The position numbers and the translations under genes were made by a program. A stretch of 60,392 bases of DNA from Nemertoderma westbladi (lineage: Eukaryota; Animalia; Xenacoelomorpha), in NCBI GenBank assembly GCA_032718475.1, contig JAUCBJ010005821.1, positions 1 to 60,392 on the forward strand. The letters run 5' to 3'. This document shows positions 51,001-58,870 of this stretch, one piece after another; the first letter of the stretch is position 1; the number at the start of each line of letters is the position of its first letter. The notes under the pieces are model-generated. The model was given only the letters and a program-made list of their open reading frames with translations. It was not told the DNA's origin and ran no database searches.

Positions 51001-54000
51001 CTCGATGATTTCGATGGAAACGCTTGCAAGATACTTCTAAAAAATTGGTACTTTAAGGTGAGCTCTTTCTGGTTGGAAGCTATATTTTTGAGGCCGCAAT
51101 AAAATTGTATATTATTTAGGTAAATATGATCTTAGGCCTGAACCTTGTTTGATGCATTGGGAGCACATTGACCTCTCCTGGCAAACTGCCAGCTAAGTCT
51201 AAAACCCGTACCACACCGCTTAAGGTTAAACATAAAGTATTTTACGCTAAGTGTAGTGTTGTTTTTGAAGAAATTAATACTATTTAATAAACATCCTCAC
51301 CCGGTAACTATATTTTATATATATTATTTCATTTAAGGTCTCCTGTACTGGGGCGAGTGAGAGAAAGATGTACAATATTAACCAAGAGAAGGTATTTTAT
51401 ACAACCGGCGTCACCTTGCGTAATATTGGTCCAGAACCTTTTGCTGGTAGGTTAATTGTAACTTGCGTAATAACTACTTACATACTTGTGTGTAAAGTAG
51501 CACTTTACAGTGTGATGATCCGAGTGGCTTTGTTACACGAACGAACGTTAGTGAGTGAGTGAAAATAAAGCCACGAGGATCAGAACACTGTAAAGTACTT
51601 TGCAACAATTATGTATGCAGTTTTATTCCAAAATTGTAACATTACGAAATGATTGTACATATACATTATAAGTGATAGAAACTGCACAAATTATATTAGT
51701 TGCTGTCTAAATAAATGTAAAAATGACATAAATTATGTTATAAATAAGTTAGCTTATATTTATCGCGGCGTTTGGAGCCATGTTATAATAATATAGCTAG
51801 GCCCAACTGGTTATTAATAGCTATACCACGCCTACCGGTAGGTAATGCAGGAGGCCTATCTGGCTGTCAGGCAAATACCACCTATTGTTTAAGTGGTAAT
51901 CAATGACGGCGTTAAGTAATGTCCGCTAATGGGACATTACTTAACTACTAACACCAAATACAATACTAAATATACAAGCCAATACAATGCTGTAATGTCC
52001 TCTAAATTTGTAAAATCCTAAATAACAACTCGCTGTTAATACTAACGGCATTGAGTAATGTTACGAATTTGCAATTTTTACAACAGTTCATCTCCAATTT
52101 ATTTAATTAATATCACATGGCAGCAATACTCGAGCTGAATATTTATTTATTTGAACTTCCCTCCTGTTTCACACTAGCACACTTGAGGCCGTTAGGTCCG
52201 TTGTTAGAGATAGGATATCCAACTAAAGTCTGCCCACTAAATCATTACTAGAAAGCCAGCAAGCTGGCTTTAAACGAACCTGCCCCTCAAACCTGTACCC
52301 TGAGTGAGCGAAAATGAAAACACGAAAATTACCATCAACTCAACGATAGAAACACCAGCTGCTGGTACTCATGAGGGCCTAGTAAGCTACTACTATTGAT
52401 TGAATGGATAGGCCCAAATTGGAGAGAAGTATATTACTTGCTAAATTTATTACTCTCTCACTCTATTCCAGACAGTAATCAAACATCAACTGTAAGTTAG
52501 TATTACCCCGCCAGCTGAGTAGCTCTTCCCATTGAATCCTATGGGAATATATATAAGGTTACTCACTTCTATGTTAGTTGGGAGGCCAGCTGATTGAATT
52601 GTAAGCACTGGGCCGTTCAAATGTTTTGTAGGTTGATGATAATGAATGAGGCGGGGTAGCTCAGTTGGTTGAGCGCCGGGCCTGCAATCTATTGGTTGTA
52701 GGTTCAGCCCCGCCAGGGTCCACTCAGCCTTTCATCCACTGGGGTCGATGAAATGAGTACCAGTTAAATTACTGGGAGCAAAATCTTGGGATAGGAGTAG
52801 CGCCCACCCCTACCCTCGGGTAGCAGCTATCGAAAGAGGAGCCTTCGGGTCGCCTCCGGCTTCTGCCGAGTTTGCTTTTGCTTTGATAATGAATGATGAG
52901 GGACCCAACTACACAACGTTTGTCTATAAGAACGGTCTCCTTATAGCCTGCTTGCTGGCTTTTCTAGTTGAATCATATTATTCTGCAACCAATAATTTAC
53001 TCTTTTAGACAAATTTAGTGCGTTTCTTTTGCCGGACTAACATATTTTGGTGACGTTCTGTGCGAGATTGGCGATATTTGAAAAGATTCTGAGGCTCAAA
53101 TATGTTGCTCAGATGACTGAATATCTCAAATAAAAAAGATGGTGCATACTCGACGAGTTGAAATCGGTGAAATTCGACTTTAAATTTTCGAAACCTCTAT
53201 TTTTCAGTGACCCCGTGATCGAAATGCCACAAACAATATACAGTCTTGTGCGCAACCAAAATTTATGTAGATTTTGTTATTAAAATTTTTGCGTACCTTC
53301 GTGAGTTTTTGAGATATTGGATGGTTATACACACATAACCAGATAACCACATCGTATTTTTGAACGGCTCAACTCTTGACAAGAACTACCCTGGCCTATT
53401 AATAGGCAGGTTCGTTATAAATACAATGAGGTAGCGTGATTTATGCTAAACTGCGTAAACAATAACAAGCCTAATGGGTATAATGAGATAAATTTTTTAT
53501 TCACATACATTCATGCTGGCTCGATGCCCTCCCAAACGTGTCGTTGGGGTTGAAACTGACGGACAGCCAGTTCCACGGTCATAGAACCACTGAACCACAC
53601 ACAGGTGACCGATGTGGGAGTCCAGTTCAACTTGACGGCCTGCATGTCTTTCCTGTCTGAGGAGTGCTGGCAAGGCACTCTCGCCATGCGATTTTCAATC
53701 GCATGGTAAGGCGGGCGCTGGCCAGCTGTGGGGTCCTCTCCATTTTGGAACCCTCGAGCCTCTGCAGGAACGACGGCAAGGTGGTCGAAGGGGTGACCCA
53801 TAGTGGAACACTGACTTGGGACGCCACGGCACGGTGGTGGACCCACTCGGGACGCCACGGCACGGTGGTGGACCCACACGGGACGCCACGCACGGTGGTG
53901 GACCCACTCGGGACGCCACGGCACGGTGGTGGATCCACCCGGGACGCTACGGCACGGTGGTGGACCCACTCGGGACGCCACGGCACGGTGGTGGACCCAC

Positions 54001-57000
54001 TCGGGACGCCACGCACGGTGGTGGACCCACTCGGGACGCCACGGCACGGTGGTGGACCCACCCGGGATGCTACGGCACGGTGGTGGACCCACTCGGGACG
54101 CCACGCACGGTGGTGGACCCATTCGGGACGCCACGGCACGGCGGTGGACCCACTCGGGACGCCACGGCACGGTGGTGGACCAACTCGGGACGCCACGGCA
54201 CGGTGGTGGACCTACTCGGGACGCCACACACGGTGGTGGACCCATTCGGGACGCCACGGCACGGTGGTGGACCCACTCGGGACGCCACGCACGGTGGTGG
54301 ACCCATTCGGGACGCCACGGCACGGTGGTGGACCAACTCGGGACGCCACGGCACGGTGGTGGACCAACTCGGGACGCCACGGCACGGAGGTAGACCCACT
54401 CGGGATGCCACGGCACGGTGGTGGACCCACTCGGGACGCCACGGCACGGTGGTGGATCCACCCGGGACGCTACGGCACGGTGGTGGACCCACTCGGGACG
54501 CCACGGCACGGTGGTGGACCCACTCGGGACGCCACGCACGGTGGTGGACCCACTCGGGACGCCACGGCACGGTGGTGGACCCACCCGGGATGCCACGGCA
54601 CGGTGGTGGACCCACTCGGGACGCCACGCACGGTGGTGGACCCATTCGGGACGCCACGGCACGGCGGTGGACCCACTCGGGACGCCACGGCACGGTGGTG
54701 GACCAACTCGGGACGCCACGGCACGGTGGTGGACCTACTCGGGACGCCACACACGGTGGTGGACCCATTCGGGACGCCACGGCACGGTGGTGGACCCACT
54801 CGGGACGCCACGCACGGTGGTGGACCCATTCGGGACGCCACGGCACGGTGGTGGACCAACTCGGGACGCCACGGCACGGTGGTGGACCAACTCGGGACGC
54901 CACGGCACGGAGGTAGACCCACCCGGGAAGCCACGGCACGGCGGTGGACCCACTCGGGACGCCACGGCACGGTGGTGGACCAACTCGGGACGCCACGGCA
55001 CGGTGGTGGACCAACTCGGGACGCCACGGCACGGAGGTAGACCCACTCGGGATGCCACGGCACGGTGGTGGACCCACTCGGGACGCCACGGCATGGTGGT
55101 GGACCCACCCTGGACGCCACGGCACGGTGGTGGACCCACTCGGGATGCCACGGCACGGTGGTGGAACCACCCGGGACGCCACGGCACGGTGGTGGAGCCA
55201 CTCGGGATGCCGCGGCACGGTGGGGGACCCACTCGGGACGCCACGTCACGGTGGTGGACCCACACACCCCCAGTCACCTCCAACAGACTCTCATCGCTGG
55301 GAGGCGCGCAGCAGAAGGAGCCGAGCGGGGGAAAAATGAGATATATGCGAGGTGATGGAGCGCGGCCAGATATTCCATCCAGTAGCTTTCAAGACACTCG
55401 GCCGCCCTGGTGCGGAGACTTCCACTTTCCTCCGAGAGATCGGCTCCCGCCTCCACACTATCACGCAGAAACCCCACCATCCTCTTTGGGAACGCCGCTT
55501 CCATCATGGCTACAGCTGGCCCATCCCCAGGCGTCCTCTTTCACTGAGGGATTTTTTTACCTTTGTGTATGTATGTCCTTCCTAATCTTTTTATATGTTG
55601 ATATTATTTCAAAGTTTTTAGATTGTTTTATGCTCAGTATCGGTGCGACTGTAAACCTACTTAGAAAATATTAAATTAATTATTGACATTAAATAATTAC
55701 TGAATTAAACATTCACATACAGTATATCTTAAAACTACTATATAGGCCTACTTAAATCTATATACTAGATCTTAAACTACTATTAAACTACGTAAGGGAA
55801 AGGCATGGGCAGCCTTGAATAGGCTTTCCAGGATTTGGAAGTCACTGAGAATTAATCGGAAACTTAAGGTCCGATTATTTAGAGCAGCAGTAGTTCCAGT
55901 ACTCCTCTATGGGAGTCCATGCTGGGCTCTAACTGCTGAGGACACCAAATCTCTGGATGGCACATTCACAAGAAGCTACGCCGGGTTCATTGTGTCAAGT
56001 ACAATGCACACATCTCCAACCAGACACTATATAACATTGGAGGTGTCTCATTGGTTCCCCCAAGCTTGACACTAGAACAAAATCGCCTCCGCTTTGCAGG
56101 AAATTGCTTTCGCCGTGAGGTCCAGCCAGTGCATAATCTTGTACTTTGGCAGCCTCATGGAGTGAATAAGCATGGTGGACAGCCCATGACTTTCTTGAGA
56201 CGCATCTTAAAGGACACTGGCCTTGAAGATGCGGATGATCTAGCAAATGTCATGGGTGATAGGGAGTTGTGGCGGTGCAATGTTGTCGATAAGCCGGCAC
56301 AGCTTTCTTAAAAATGCAGCTGCAATGCAGCATGCCGATCCTAGTAGTAGTAGTTAAACTACTATTCATTTTACAGAATGTAAAACCGGCAGTCGAGAGA
56401 ATGGGATATATAATTTGGAGTTAGACAACTCATTCTCAATATCCACTGTCGGCATAGACAACCATAACCCCAACGGAGCTGAACTTCAAGGACTAATAGT
56501 TACGGCTATTGATACCGAACTGGGGGACGAGCTGGAATGTGGTCGTATTTGGGCGCCTCTGGAATTTGGGGGATTTATAGATGGTATGTATTCAATAATG
56601 GGGTAAAGTTTTATTATTTGGTTAGAATTGGGATTGGGTTAAAAGTTATATTTTATACTTAGCGGCATTGTGTTGATTATAAATTTAAATTTTCATTTTA
56701 AAATATTTTTTTAAATTCCTTAAAAGTTTATTAATAAGAAAAATATTCTCACACACGGTAGCACTACAAATATAATTAGTTGTCATTTAATTTAATCAAT
56801 ATATCTGCGTTTAATTTACTTAAGTTTGTTTCATTAACATCCTTATGTTTAGATTAGCAACCTCCCTATCTTATCCTACAAGTAACTGCCAAGAGATATG
56901 AGCCTTTGGGTTGCATTCTGTGTTACGTCTTGAGTGATGTAGCCTACGTAAATTTTACTTTTCTAGCATCTGTCGGAAACGAATTTGAGGACATTTTGTA

Positions 57001-57304
57001 CGTCAATTGCAAAAATTTCAAAGCCAATAAATTACAGCTGAAAATCCCAAAGCGTACCGGTACCACCACTGTTGACATATGCAAATTATCTGTGTGGATT
57101 TACACACCGGCCTACGAGCTCACCGTGGGTTATGCGGGGATTGAGGGCGAGTACGGATTGCCTATAACCAACGTGGCGCTTCATAAACCCGTTGTCATAT
57201 CGAGTATAGCGGACGGAAGTTCGCCCGAGTTCGTAGTTGATGGCTTCATGGCTATTGGATGGTCTTTCGTGAAGACTCATAACTACCCACCCCACTGGCT
57301 AAAG
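8986..57304 (+). CDS. Large multi-exon gene: Cys-rich EGF-like repeats + 2 WSC-like domains + FTP (F-type lectin)-like domains; partial at both ends
   Basis: 26 exons with AG/GT boundaries whose phases chain without stops (3887 nt): 8986-9036, 11894-12019, 12467-12565, 16966-17139, 17372-17482, 17578-17694, 18427-18545, 19183-19321, 19837-19950, 20714-20842, 21285-21416, 36199-36362, 37099-37222, 37592-37737, 43144-43334, 43642-43865, 44680-44832, 45602-45746, 46194-46407, 46971-47152, 49670-49790, 50501-50619, 50919-51057, 51338-51446, 56377-56583, 56967-57304. Confidence 0.8.
9527..11522. mobile_element. Non-autonomous foldback DNA transposon, IS3EU-like
   Basis: Termini TATGGCGTCTGA...TCAGACGCCATA, 6-bp TSD ttgctg (9521-9526 / 11523-11528), inverted arms of about 0.8-1 kb with internal 41-bp tandem repeats. 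Confidence 0.8.
11894..12019 (+). CDS. Host gene exon, KFRCSDGYIPDPLNNGYCILYQCGSHSNKFC...
   Basis: tttcag / gttagt; EGF-like CxxGY...C; phase 1-1. Confidence 0.75.
12467..12565 (+). CDS. Host gene exon, TKCQTSGDTN...RSCE
   Basis: tttcag / gttagt, open frame, phase 1-1. Confidence 0.55.
12635..12933. mobile_element. Small MITE with G/C-run TIRs (Kolobok-like)
   Basis: ggggtgtagcacccc ... gggggtgctaccccccc followed by TTAA; left TTAA not evident. Confidence 0.35.
12940..15455 (-). mobile_element. Second, inverted copy of the array-bearing SINE-like element
   Basis: Same 5' and 3' unique flanks as 6977-7892; A-box-like tggtctagagg near its 5' end. Confidence 0.55.
12984..15356 (-). repeat. 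63-bp tandem repeat, about 37 units (reverse complement of the 7119 array)
   Basis: Repeated aaggaatgcctgttcaccaccatgggtgatcttccacagtaaacccttccactctgtttcct. Confidence 0.95.
16966..17139 (+). CDS. Host gene exon, EGF-like (…PNCYCNAMGSFCGCSEGHHMMQGRTCE)
   Basis: ttacag / gtttgt; CxC..G…C pattern. Confidence 0.8.
17372..17482 (+). CDS. Host gene exon, EGF-like (HCRPGFPHCRC…CDC…C)
   Basis: ttttcag / gtaagt, 6 Cys, phase 1-1. Confidence 0.85.
17578..17694 (+). CDS. Host gene exon, EGF-like (VECKRGTPWCQC…CRCQIGY…GYCI)
   Basis: ttacag / gtgagt, 6 Cys, phase 1-1. Confidence 0.85.
18427..18545 (+). CDS. Host gene exon (YFCEPANQG…ICDDCDSLSVTQ)
   Basis: tttcag / gttcgt; phase 1-0 matches the next exon. 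Confidence 0.7.
19183..19321 (+). CDS. Host gene exon (GRSKCRCKEG…MCVKHESTC…YYCT)
   Basis: tttaag / gtaatt; phase 0-1. Confidence 0.8.
19272..19485 (+). repeat. 53-bp tandem repeat copying the exon 3' end and its splice donor
   Basis: gagcacgtgtacatctag…tactattgtacaggtaat x4 (the first copy is the exon end itself). Confidence 0.9.
19837..19950 (+). CDS. Host gene exon, EGF-like (ECEAGYPKCSC…CFCESGFTLQWDKTCL)
   Basis: ttgcag / gtaaat, 6 Cys, phase 1-1. Confidence 0.85.
20714..20842 (+). CDS. Host gene exon (TQCVANYPFC…CDVGY…GHCI)
   Basis: ttttag / gtgagt, phase 1-1. Confidence 0.8.
20785..21227 (+). repeat. 63-bp tandem repeat (7 units, alternating A/B types) copying the exon 3' end and donor
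   Basis: tgcgatgtt(g/t)gatacaca…gcgtatacgaagg(c/a)cattg…aggtgag. Confidence 0.9.
21285..21416 (+). CDS. Host gene exon, EGF-like (YECEPGIGDPFCTGC…CKCQEGY…RCI)
   Basis: ttgtag / gttagt, 6 Cys, phase 1-1. Confidence 0.85.
21760..22613 (-). mobile_element. Degraded Gypsy/Ty3 LTR element (gag fragment next to an integrase fragment)
   Basis: 22086-22613 gag-like (ESVTDFVKRL…CKFG…LKEQLLAGI); about 21800-21970 HVKSCESCQ…PFERIHLDFA integrase motif. Confidence 0.75.
23877..25124. mobile_element. Foldback DNA transposon (Mutator/Foldback-like), non-autonomous
   Basis: TIRs acaagtccctaaaaggtgccaccctg…; 10-bp TSD ggccaatagg (23867-23876 / 25125-25134); internal 49-bp tandem repeats in both arms. Confidence 0.85.
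25651..29123 (-). mobile_element. RTE-clade LINE (family A), near full length, frameshifted
   Basis: APE endonuclease (IICIQEHR, YSPTN, GDLNA, SDHR); RT (NYRGI, FVDFKKAFDS, GVLQG, DFADV); (TAG)n 3' tail at 25652; candidate 9-bp TSD cctgccgat (25642-25650 / 29124-29132). Confidence 0.9.
30136..31400. mobile_element. Long-TIR MITE (Mutator-like) containing an RTE fragment
   Basis: About 230-bp inverted arms starting ggatagtactagat; degenerate 9-bp flanks attattagc / attactacc. Confidence 0.7.
30741..31102 (+). mobile_element. RTE family B 3' fragment
   Basis: RLRFAGHCFRREDQPVHNLVLWQP, (TAG)n tail; near identical to the copies at 31620, 37787 and 55789. Confidence 0.9.
31409..34937 (-). pseudogene. 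Ras-superfamily (Rab-like) small GTPase pseudogene with Ser/Arg/Pro-rich N-terminal extension, nested antisense in an intron
   Basis: Exons give IIGDCR|VGKTS (P-loop, about 34472 joined to 33651-33519), then SRVPGGTERTKLG…CFLLYDITSPKSFKSLERW…VVVGTKDD (33370-33349 + 31608-31409). Lesions: premature TGA at 34653, frameshift near 34530, GA instead of GT donor, RTE insertion in an exon. Confidence 0.75.
31620..33348 (-). mobile_element. RTE family B, 5'-truncated
   Basis: RT motifs (FVDFFKAFDS, GVLQGDTLAP, DFADD, FCYLGSW), (TAG)n tail, 11-bp TSD cagtaccccct (31609-31619 / 33349-33359). Confidence 0.93.
35224..35258. mobile_element. 35-bp TIR-only remnant with 8-bp TSD (P-superfamily-type footprint)
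   Basis: gataaatc CAAGGTGTACTAAATA acc TATTTAGTACACCTTG gataaatc. Confidence 0.7.
36199..36362 (+). CDS. Host gene exon (GCLNKNS…DCEGIEC…ACFARLVCPESE)
   Basis: ttttcag / gtaatt; phase 1-0 links 21416 to 37099. Confidence 0.65.
37099..37222 (+). CDS. Host gene exon (…SCQTQCESGYPNCVDKFCTAGYEPRWDRTCQ)
   Basis: gtttag / gtaagt; paralogous to the 19837 exon. Confidence 0.85.
37592..37737 (+). CDS. Host gene exon (VDCNRDNDNCQC…CHC…GYCTQIC…CN)
   Basis: atttag / gtaaga; paralogous to the 17578 exon. Confidence 0.85.
37787..38890 (-). mobile_element. RTE family B, 5'-truncated, degenerate
   Basis: GVLQGDTLAPFLF, RLRFAGHS, (TAG)n tail. Confidence 0.9.
39890..40850 (-). mobile_element. CR1/L2-type LINE ORF1 relic
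   Basis: HIYIGRFDSSVSAKEVSDYL and ALMTPALWEDGLTIRNY resemble the RRM-like C-terminal part of CR1/L2 ORF1 proteins; frameshifted. Confidence 0.55.
41195..41781. mobile_element. AT-rich MITE inserted in the Academ-like relic
   Basis: Imperfect TIR gagtttcgcccgtgccaacatttt / aaagtgttggcacggtcggaactg. Confidence 0.45.
43144..43334 (+). CDS. Host gene exon (RNCSTTAEGRLCLCDRGF…CAPVECNHGNAMCEC…TSC)
   Basis: ttgtag / gtaggt; phase 0-2. Confidence 0.85.
43642..43865 (+). CDS. Host gene exon (CSAGWW…CFCAVGY…VCI)
   Basis: ttttag / gtaagt; phase 2-1. Confidence 0.85.
44108..44530 (-). mobile_element. RTE family A 3' fragment with triplicated 3' terminus
   Basis: Matches 25652-25950; the last ~64 bp plus TAG tail occur three times. 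Confidence 0.85.
44680..44832 (+). CDS. Host gene exon, first half of WSC-like domain (PLGCWKSSELNIPSAEG…LCGWAAKDAG)
   Basis: ttatag / gtatat; LGCW…C..AA…G pattern. Confidence 0.8.
45602..45746 (+). CDS. Host gene exon, second half of WSC-like domain (FGLLGGACHFS…TYSVNG…C)
   Basis: ttatag / gtgagt; phase 1-2. Confidence 0.8.
46194..46407 (+). CDS. Host gene exon, second WSC-like domain (RGCWR…C…FGRYGGSSC…C)
   Basis: ctttag / gttagt; phase 2-0. Confidence 0.8.
46971..47152 (+). CDS. Host gene exon (VFKRFKESD…CSETSDF)
   Basis: ttttag / gtatta; phase 0-2. Confidence 0.7.
48305..48350 (-). ncRNA. Type I hammerhead ribozyme (minimal, palindromic helix III)
   Basis: agcgcta CUGAUGA ggccu gau aggcc GAAA cguacg UA uagcgcu. 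Confidence 0.88.
48652..48746 (+). promoter_or_regulatory. Pol III type-2 internal promoter and terminator around the hammerhead
   Basis: A-box-like TGGCTGAACTGG (48652-48663), B-box-like GGTTCAACCCC (48712-48722), T6 run 48741-48746; same arrangement in the minus copy (48270-48366). Confidence 0.6.
48666..48711 (+). ncRNA. Type I hammerhead ribozyme (minimal, palindromic helix III)
   Basis: agcgcta CUGAUGA ggccu guu aggcc GAAA cguacg UA uagcgcu; predicted cleavage after GUA (48704). Confidence 0.88.
49670..49790 (+). CDS. Host gene exon (PTYMVDDLF…WRSVMGGEYPPQNGVFE)
   Basis: atttag / gtaaac; phase 2-0. Confidence 0.75.
50501..50619 (+). CDS. Host gene exon (VYELLCPRYY…AIFDKK)
   Basis: gtttag / gttgga; phase 0-2. 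Confidence 0.6.
50919..51057 (+). CDS. Host gene exon (LDDYRCLRDSG…ACKILLKNWYFK)
   Basis: gaatag / gtgagc; phase 2-0. Confidence 0.75.
51338..51446 (+). CDS. Host gene exon (VSCTGASERK…GPEPFA)
   Basis: tttaag / gtaggt; phase 0-1. Confidence 0.7.
52650..52883 (+). mobile_element. tRNA-derived SINE (central domain resembles the MetaSINE type)
   Basis: Head ggcggggtagctcagttggttgagcg…ggttcagccc; core ctcagcctttcatcc…gggtcgatgaaatgagtaccag; (gctttt) tail; 13-bp TSD tgataatgaatga (52637-52649 / 52884-52896); a fragment also lies near 42790-42830. Confidence 0.88.
53560..55520 (+). mobile_element. CRE-like non-LTR retrotransposon relic (restriction-like endonuclease domain) split by a minisatellite
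   Basis: RHAIFNRMVRRAL…LEPSSLCRNDGK…LTWDAT [array] VVDP…AAEGAERGKNEIY…FHPVAFKTLG…FLREIG. Confidence 0.75.
53818..55262. repeat. GC-rich 30/31-bp minisatellite, about 47 units
   Basis: Unit cgggacgccacggcacggtggtggacccact; variant units recur at 523-bp spacing (ggatcc variant at 53931 and 54454). Confidence 0.95.
55789..56353 (+). mobile_element. RTE family B 3' fragment
   Basis: KVRLFRAAVVPVLLYG, RLRFAGNC, (TAG)n tail; flanking repeat ttaaactactatt (55772 / 56354). Confidence 0.9.
56377..56583 (+). CDS. Host gene exon, FTP-like domain part (LELDNSFSISTVGIDNHNPNGAELQGLIV…ECG)
   Basis: ttacag / gtatgt; phase 1-1. Confidence 0.8.
56967..57304 (+). CDS. Host gene exon, end of one FTP-like domain and start of the next (NVALHKP…SS…VVDG…KTH…HWLK)
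   Basis: ttctag / gtttgt; NVAL.KP and VDG are F-type-lectin/F5-8C fold signatures. Confidence 0.85.
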
Positions 57305-57593
57305 GTTTGTGTAACATTTATTTACGTTATCACTATTAATGCATATCATTTATCATTGCATATCATATATCATTTAATATTAATGATATGTTTTAAATAT
57401 AATATTAAAATAATTTGACATCATTTTATTAAACTTTTACTTGTTATATTTTTGGGATTGCAAGAGTTAAAATGGTGAATTTTGGAACCAAATATATATG
57501 CAACTTATTGTGTGAGGTCTGAGGTAACAATAAAGTTCGCCCGGCTAAATCAAAACAAACTATAAAAATATTAATTAGTTTGTCATGGCTTAA

Positions 57594-58482
57594 GGGGGGG
57601 CTTAATACCCCCCCATGAACCTTTTTTTAAAATGGCTGTAAATTAGTGTTAAATTATAATATTGCCATTTTGTCATGGTCAACCACTGTATGGAAGGCCA
57701 AATAGCCTTTATAGTAAAATTTGAAAATTTATGGCCTCCTCGAGCGGCTGGCCGCGGAATTAAAGATTTCACTAAAATTGCTACTAGTCCCTCAATTTTG
57801 GTCCAAATTTCTTGAAACCAACTTTTTTGGACTCAGCGTGATCGACTCTACAAAAGTTATCTTATATAATTTTTAATTAGCCATTTTTATTTTAATTAAT
57901 TAATTAAATTAATTAATTATCATATTTTTAATTAAAATTGGGTAATTAGAAAAAATAGTAATATTTATCAAAATTCCATAAGATAACTTTTAAAGAGCTT
58001 CCAAAGCTCGTTCGAATGAGCCATTAACGAAGAAAATTGGTTAAAAAATGACGGAGGAGTAGTAATTTGAAAATGAAAAATGTCATTCCGAGAAAATGCC
58101 CTTCAAAGTTTAAACCGTCCCGCCAAAATTGGTTGTCTGTGTTCTGGTTGGTTAATTATTTTTGGCACGAAGGATGCCCACCAACGAGCTAAAATTTTCA
58201 TTACTGGGGTTTTCTGGGTCGCTGATTTCATTTCCGATTTCATTTTAATTTTTGGTGGAATCTAGTCTATCTGTGTGTCTGTCGGTCTTCTGTCTTTCTT
58301 ACAATTTGACGGACAGACCGTCATACGGAAAAACAGTGATAACTCGAGAACCGAAAGAGGTCTCACTAAGCGGTTTTCAGATATGTAATCCTCATTAAAT
58401 TCTGCTCTAGGTGAAATAAAAAAACAACAATTTGAAAATTTTACCTGAGGGGGGGGGGGGGGGGGGGGGGGTATACCCCCCC
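57594..58482. mobile_element. Kolobok-like MITE
   Basis: TTAA on both sides; termini GGGGGGG…ATACCCCCCC / GGGGGGTATACCCCCCC. Confidence 0.55.
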
Positions 58483-58870
58483 TTAAAATTTATTTATTAT
58501 ATCGAGTAGAAATCATATTTGATGAAAAACTATGGAATATTCACCGCACATAATTGCCCCGTCTCTGATATTAGTTTAACTTCTGGTCGGAATTTAAAAG
58601 GATCAATTTTTCAACCTACAAATATTTTTCTAGAACTGATAAAGTTGATATGATTAGAGAAAATGATATCTATCTATTACATGGAAACAAATAAACTTCG
58701 CATAGCTAACTACATCAAGGCTAACTATATCAAGGCTAACAACATCAAGGCTATTTATTAATTTATCTATAGAGACCTTTTTCACAGGGTCATAATGGAG
58801 AAACATTAGTTTCTCATATAATAAATAAAAAGATATAAATAATACAGAGGCCTTCCGATTGATAGTTAGA

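Noticed and set aside
51488-51620. Imperfect hairpin repeat (actttacagtgt…acactgtaaagt), possibly the end of a Crypton-like non-autonomous element
   Set aside because: Boundaries and family cannot be supported from this window
52650-52725. tRNA-Cys(GCA) gene
   Set aside because: Acceptor and T arms are degenerate, and it is the head of a SINE with core, tail and TSD
53511-55674. Many 200-450 aa overlapping ORFs on both strands
   Set aside because: By-product of a stop-free GC-rich minisatellite
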